Below are positions 60,123-64,000 of a stretch of DNA of 64,000 nucleotides, piece by piece (within the stretch, counting starts at the first letter, position 1; each line of letters begins with the position of its first letter). Where the stretch lies: assembly GCA_963663965.2 (NCBI GenBank), contig CAXXFK010000033.1:96001-160000 (forward strand), in the 5' to 3' direction. The notes under the pieces are model-generated. The model worked only from the letters and a program-made list of their open reading frames with translations. It did not search any database and was not told the DNA's origin. Source of the DNA: Sedimentisphaerales bacterium. Lineage in GTDB: Bacteria > Planctomycetota > Phycisphaerae > Sedimentisphaerales > SM23-30. Made by a program: the position numbers and the translations under genes.

Positions 60123-60625
60123 ACTTATAGTATAAAAAATAAATCTAAATAAGGCAAATCGAACGGGATATTTTTTTGAGATGAAATTTGAGTCAAGTCG
60201 ATTCTATTTGAAATTATACCCATCCCGTTATGGTGCATTTCAAATCAAGAGGGAACCTGAATGAACGTTTAAAAAACCCGGGAAAACCGGTGATTGATGA
60301 TGAAGAACTCCACCCTGTGTCATAAACGCAGGGGGTGTGGTATTTTGATCAATCTGTGGTTATTTGTCTGCTGAAATCTTCAGGAGACGTTTGCCCATTT
60401 TTTGTAGGAAAATTGGGGTAACTTATTGGATTTCGCTGAGTTAGCGCTCGACTTCCTGAAGTGTAACGCCCCGAAAAAGTCCGGGTGTGAATGGCCGTTC
60501 TAGACTCAGACTCATCAGCCAATTTCTGATTCAGGAATTTGTCTGATGGAATAAGAGTCAGTCATTTAAACATATTAATGGTCGGGCATGAGTTGTCATG
60601 TCTGGCCATTTTATTCTTCAGGCAT

Positions 60626-60651
60626 AAAAAAGGCCGACTTAAGGGTCGGCC
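60626..60651 (-). terminator. Intrinsic terminator (minus strand)
   Basis: ggccgac-cctta-a-gtcggcc-tttttt on the minus strand. Confidence 0.7.
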
Positions 60652-60749
60652 GTTAGAAGAGGATTCGTTTATAGGATTCAAATTTTGGATTTATAACATG
60701 TTTTGCTAATTACTAGTTCTCTAATATTTGTTTGTTATTTTCCTTTTGA

Positions 60750-61040
60750 TTAATTTGAAGGCGGCCCATGCGCCTGAAATGAGCCAATTTGATCAAGTTC
60801 TTCCCTTTTTACATTAAATTCCCATAGGGGATTGGATTCCGCTTTCCTGGTGGCAATTGATTGTGTCCAGGATTGCTGACGATTAGATACATTTATTTCC
60901 CAATCGGGCGAGTTAGAAAGTAATTTAGTTTGGGAATCTGGATAATTATGTTTGAACCAGAATTCAATGGATCTAATAATCCGAAACAGACTCAGATAAA
61001 ACAGGAAAACCGGTCTTGGCATGTCGTATTGGGTTCCCAT
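60750..61040 (-). CDS. Small hypothetical protein (96 aa)
   Basis: Good RBS (aggag-ataaaaa-ATG) and a downstream terminator; no recognisable motif. Confidence 0.4.
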   Translation of the reverse strand: MGTQYDMPRPVFLFYLSLFRIIRSIEFWFKHNYPDSQTKLLSNSPDWEINVSNRQQSWTQSIATRKAESNPLWEFNVKREELDQIGSFQAHGPPSN

Positions 61041-61294
61041 TTTTTATCTCCTATTAGGGATTACAATAACTCATCTGCCAGTTTTACATTTTCCATCCAG
61101 TATTCGGGATTCATTTCGTCAAGATGATGACATTTCGATAAAGGAAAAATTTAAAATTTATGCCTGTTCGGTTTCATGAATATGATAAAATGCCCGATAA
61201 CACGGCCTGAAACTGGTTATAAGGGCTGAGATCAGTATTGATAGTGGCATCTGATATAACAGAAAGCTTTAATAGTATTTTTGAAAAATTATGT

Positions 61295-62167
61295 ATGGCT
61301 ATCCCAGTAAAAAAAATAACCGATAACCCCGCGCAACTTGCCGAATCTCCTGTGTGGGATCCGATCCGGCAGGTTTTATATTGGACTGATATTCCGGCAG
61401 GTCAGGTATGGAAATATGATCCAGACTGTGGCCGAAGTGAAATGGTCTGGCAGGGAACCATGATGATTGGTGGTTTAACTCTGGCTGAGGCTGGATTGAT
61501 TTTGTATGGTAATCAAGGGATCTGGCGGGGATACTGGCAGGCTGATGGTACACTGGGAGGGCTGATATCCATTTTTGATATAAAACTGGCAGGGGATGAA
61601 CGATTTAATGATGTCATAGCGGATCCAAGAGGTCGTGTTTTTGCTGGAACCTTGACAGAAAGAAGAGCCGATTGTTCACTATTTTTGCTAAAAAAGGGCT
61701 GCCCAGAGATGCGAGTGTTATCTGATATTGGTAATTCAAACGGCCTGGGCTTTTCGCCTGATTTGAAGTGGCTGTATCATACCGATACCCAGATCAGAAC
61801 GATAAAACGATATGAATATGATATTGAGAGCGGCCGGATTGAGCATCCAAAATTAGTATTTGAGGGGAAGGAAGAAAACGGCAAGCCTGACGGTATGACG
61901 GTAGACTGTGAAGGATGTCTCTGGGTGGCCTGTTATTATGCCGGGAAGGTTTTAAGGTTGGATTCTGATGGTAACTTGTTGAAAGAAATAGAGATACCTG
62001 CAAAGAATGTTACCAGCGTCGCTTTTGGAGGATCGGATTTCCAGGATCTTTATATTACCACTGCCCGCAATAAATCCACCAGTCATGCGTCTGATGGAGG
62101 GGGGAATCTCTATTGTTGTACTCCCGGGGTGAAAGGTCGGGCAGAATGGATTGCGCAGATTGGATGA
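61295..62167 (+). CDS. SMP-30/gluconolactonase family sugar lactonase
   Basis: LAESPVWD, YWTDI, RFND, SNGLGFSPD, PDGMTVD, TSVAFGG. Confidence 0.93.
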   Translation: MAIPVKKITDNPAQLAESPVWDPIRQVLYWTDIPAGQVWKYDPDCGRSEMVWQGTMMIGGLTLAEAGLILYGNQGIWRGYWQADGTLGGLISIFDIKLAGDERFNDVIADPRGRVFAGTLTERRADCSLFLLKKGCPEMRVLSDIGNSNGLGFSPDLKWLYHTDTQIRTIKRYEYDIESGRIEHPKLVFEGKEENGKPDGMTVDCEGCLWVACYYAGKVLRLDSDGNLLKEIEIPAKNVTSVAFGGSDFQDLYITTARNKSTSHASDGGGNLYCCTPGVKGRAEWIAQIG

Positions 62168-62201
62168 ACTTACATTTTCTGTTATCAAAAGGATATTCTT
62201 A

Positions 62202-64000
62202 ATGACGCTCAAGCGACCGGCTGTAAAACAATTCAATTTAACTCTTTTATGCGGTGTTGTTTTTTTGTTCTGTGTGATGGCACCCCGTATGCTTCAGGGA
62301 GCCCCCAAAGACCGTATTGCCAGCCAAATGGTATCACTGAAATTGGCGATTAAGGATTTAATGGATCAATATGGCAGCCAATATCCTGCAGGTTCAGATT
62401 ATCTGAAGCGTCTGGCAGAGCTGGAGAGATTGGCTAACGAAAATGGTAAAAAGGCCATTGATACATTCTACACTCTTCAGAGGGAGGCCTTACTTACTAA
62501 TCCGTTACTTGACTTTGAGCAGGTATTGGTTGTCCAACGTAAACTGGGGGGGCAGAATATTGGATTGCCGCAGAACTGGCAGGGCAATTGCGCTCTGCCG
62601 CGTAATGGTTACGATGACGGAGTGGTTCGTTTAAACCTAAAAGATGGAACTCTTCAGGATGTGTTTCGTCCGCTACAACCCAGTTTTGTTGGGGATGTCG
62701 ATCTGCATTGGGATGGTGATCGATTTTTATTTTCCATGCTGGACTCCAACCAGCGTTGGCAGGTCTGGGAATACGAGCTTACCTCCAGGCAATTGCGGCC
62801 GGTAACCACCTCAGTTAAAGGCGATTACGATAATTATGATGGTTGCTACCTGCCGGATAATCGAATGGTGTTTGCCTCGACCCGGGTTTTTCAGGGGGTT
62901 CCTTGTGTGGGTGGTGGAAATTGGGTGGCCAATCTTTTTTTGTGTCAGAATGATGGCAGTGGTATTCGCCGCTTGTGTTTTGATCAGGACCATAACTGGT
63001 GCCCATCGGTAATGCCGGATGGCCGGATATTATATACCCGTTGGGAATACTCCGATACATCACATTACTTTACCCGTCTGCTCATGGCCATGAATCCGGA
63101 TGGAACGAATCAGATGTCATATTATGGCAGTAATTCCTACTGGCCCAATTCGTTATTTTATGCACGATCCATTCCGGGCAGTTCCACCAAATTTGTCGGG
63201 ATCGTATCCGGCCATCATGGCGTAGCCCGAATGGGTGAATTGCATCTGTTTGATACTGCCCGAGGCCAGTTTGAGGCGGATGGCGTGATCCAGCAGATAC
63301 CCGGTTATGGCAAAAAAGTTCAGGCGAAGATTGAGGATCAACTGGTGAATGGTTCCTGGCCCAAGTTTTTACATCCCTGGCCACTGAGTGAAAAATATTT
63401 CCTCGTTGCCATGCAACCTGACGCTCGATCCTTGTGGGGAATTTATCTGGTCGATATTTTCGATAATATGGTTCTGCTAAAAGAGTTGGATGGATACGCT
63501 CTGTTTGAACCGGTTCCCTTGACCAGGCGGCCGGTACCTTCGGTTATTCCGGATCGAATCGATCCGCAACTCAAAGAAGCAAAAGTATATCTGACGGATG
63601 TTTATTTTGGCCCTGGCTTATATGGGGTGCCTCGGGGCACCATTAAGAATCTGAGAATTTTCGCGTTTCATTATGCGTATCCCCAAATGGGTGGCCATAA
63701 GAATATTGCCGTTGAAGGAACCTGGGATGTCCATCGCATATTAGGAACCGTGCCGGTGGAGACGGATGGGTCGGCATTTTTCCAGGTACCGGCCAACACA
63801 CCCCTGGCAGTACAACCTCTGGATGAAAAGGGAAGGGCCGTGCAAGTCATGCGCAGCTGGTTTACTGCCATGCCGGGTGAGACGATCAGTTGTATTGGCT
63901 GCCATGAGCGGAGCAATAGTGTGCCGCCCAGCCGGGAAACCATTGCCGCAAGACGCCAGCCCGATACTATTAAAGAATGGTATGGTCCGGCACGCGGTTT
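62202..64000 (+). CDS. Secreted HzsA-like beta-propeller protein, 3'-truncated by the window (not in the ORF track)
   Basis: Own translation: MTLKRPAVK..LLTNPLLDF..GLPQNWQG..YTRWEY..MNPDGT..GTVPVETDGSA..MRSWFTAMPGETISCIGCHE; CxxCH is in frame with the start. Confidence 0.82.
   Translation, partial: MTLKRPAVKQFNLTLLCGVVFLFCVMAPRMLQGAPKDRIASQMVSLKLAIKDLMDQYGSQYPAGSDYLKRLAELERLANENGKKAIDTFYTLQREALLTNPLLDFEQVLVVQRKLGGQNIGLPQNWQGNCALPRNGYDDGVVRLNLKDGTLQDVFRPLQPSFVGDVDLHWDGDRFLFSMLDSNQRWQVWEYELTSRQLRPVTTSVKGDYDNYDGCYLPDNRMVFASTRVFQGVPCVGGGNWVANLFLCQNDGSGIRRLCFDQDHNWCPSVMPDGRILYTRWEYSDTSHYFTRLLMAMNPDGTNQMSYYGSNSYWPNSLFYARSIPGSSTKFVGIVSGHHGVARMGELHLFDTARGQFEADGVIQQIPGYGKKVQAKIEDQLVNGSWPKFLHPWPLSEKYFLVAMQPDARSLWGIYLVDIFDNMVLLKELDGYALFEPVPLTRRPVPSVIPDRIDPQLKEAKVYLTDVYFGPGLYGVPRGTIKNLRIFAFHYAYPQMGGHKNIAVEGTWDVHRILGTVPVETDGSAFFQVPANTPLAVQPLDEKGRAVQVMRSWFTAMPGETISCIGCHERSNSVPPSRETIAARRQPDTIKEWYGPARG

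Noticed and set aside
60230..60396. Cobalamin riboswitch (agggaa, ccggtga, caggagac fragments)
   Set aside because: Fragments are not in the required order/spacing; no recognisable B12 box; no downstream B12-related gene
62202..64000. Evidence for anammox metabolism
   Set aside because: No hzsB/C or hao genes; heterotrophic sugar-gene context; HzsA-like domains are widespread
53951..64000. Genomic island integrated at tRNA-Arg
   Set aside because: No integrase and no duplicated tRNA 3' end in the window; the terminator directly follows the tRNA

Overview
64-kb bacterial chromosomal window, most likely from a planctomycete of the Phycisphaerae/Sedimentisphaerales type. This is inferred from a LEPR-xLL giant protein, dockerin-like C-termini, a prepilin-type protein ending in N-x5-DGH, sulfatase/glycosidase genes and an HzsA-like protein. 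Contents, left to right: secreted carbohydrate-related proteins (Gfo/Idh/MocA, frameshifted GH30-LamG); an ArnT-like glycosyltransferase; a tyrosine/dual-specificity phosphatase; alr; a ~17.2-kb CARDB-repeat surface-protein gene broken into 5 ORFs by frameshifts; an IS630 and a RAYT-type Y1 HUH transposase; a GH2 beta-galactosidase; a dense two-component/c-di-GMP cluster (3 hybrid kinases, REC-HD-GYP, an H-box-less kinase, 2 single-domain receivers, a degenerate HD protein); wzx and FkbM; tRNA-Arg(ACG); a sulfatase; GH106; an SMP-30 lactonase; and a truncated HzsA-like gene. The most interesting signals are non-coding. (1) Two tandem paralogous ~70-76 nt candidate sRNA genes at 59.8-60.16 kb, each with a sigma70-like promoter and terminator and a 5' part antisense to 'GGAG..ATG AAG AAG AAG', inside a 1.45-kb structure-rich intergenic region. 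(2) A ~37-42 bp element (TATACAC-W-GTGTATA palindrome plus TTGACA) present as inverted copies bracketing the RAYT gene and again 27 kb away. (3) Two apparent pseudo-enzymes in the signalling cluster. All calls come from reading the sequence; no searches or folding programs were run.
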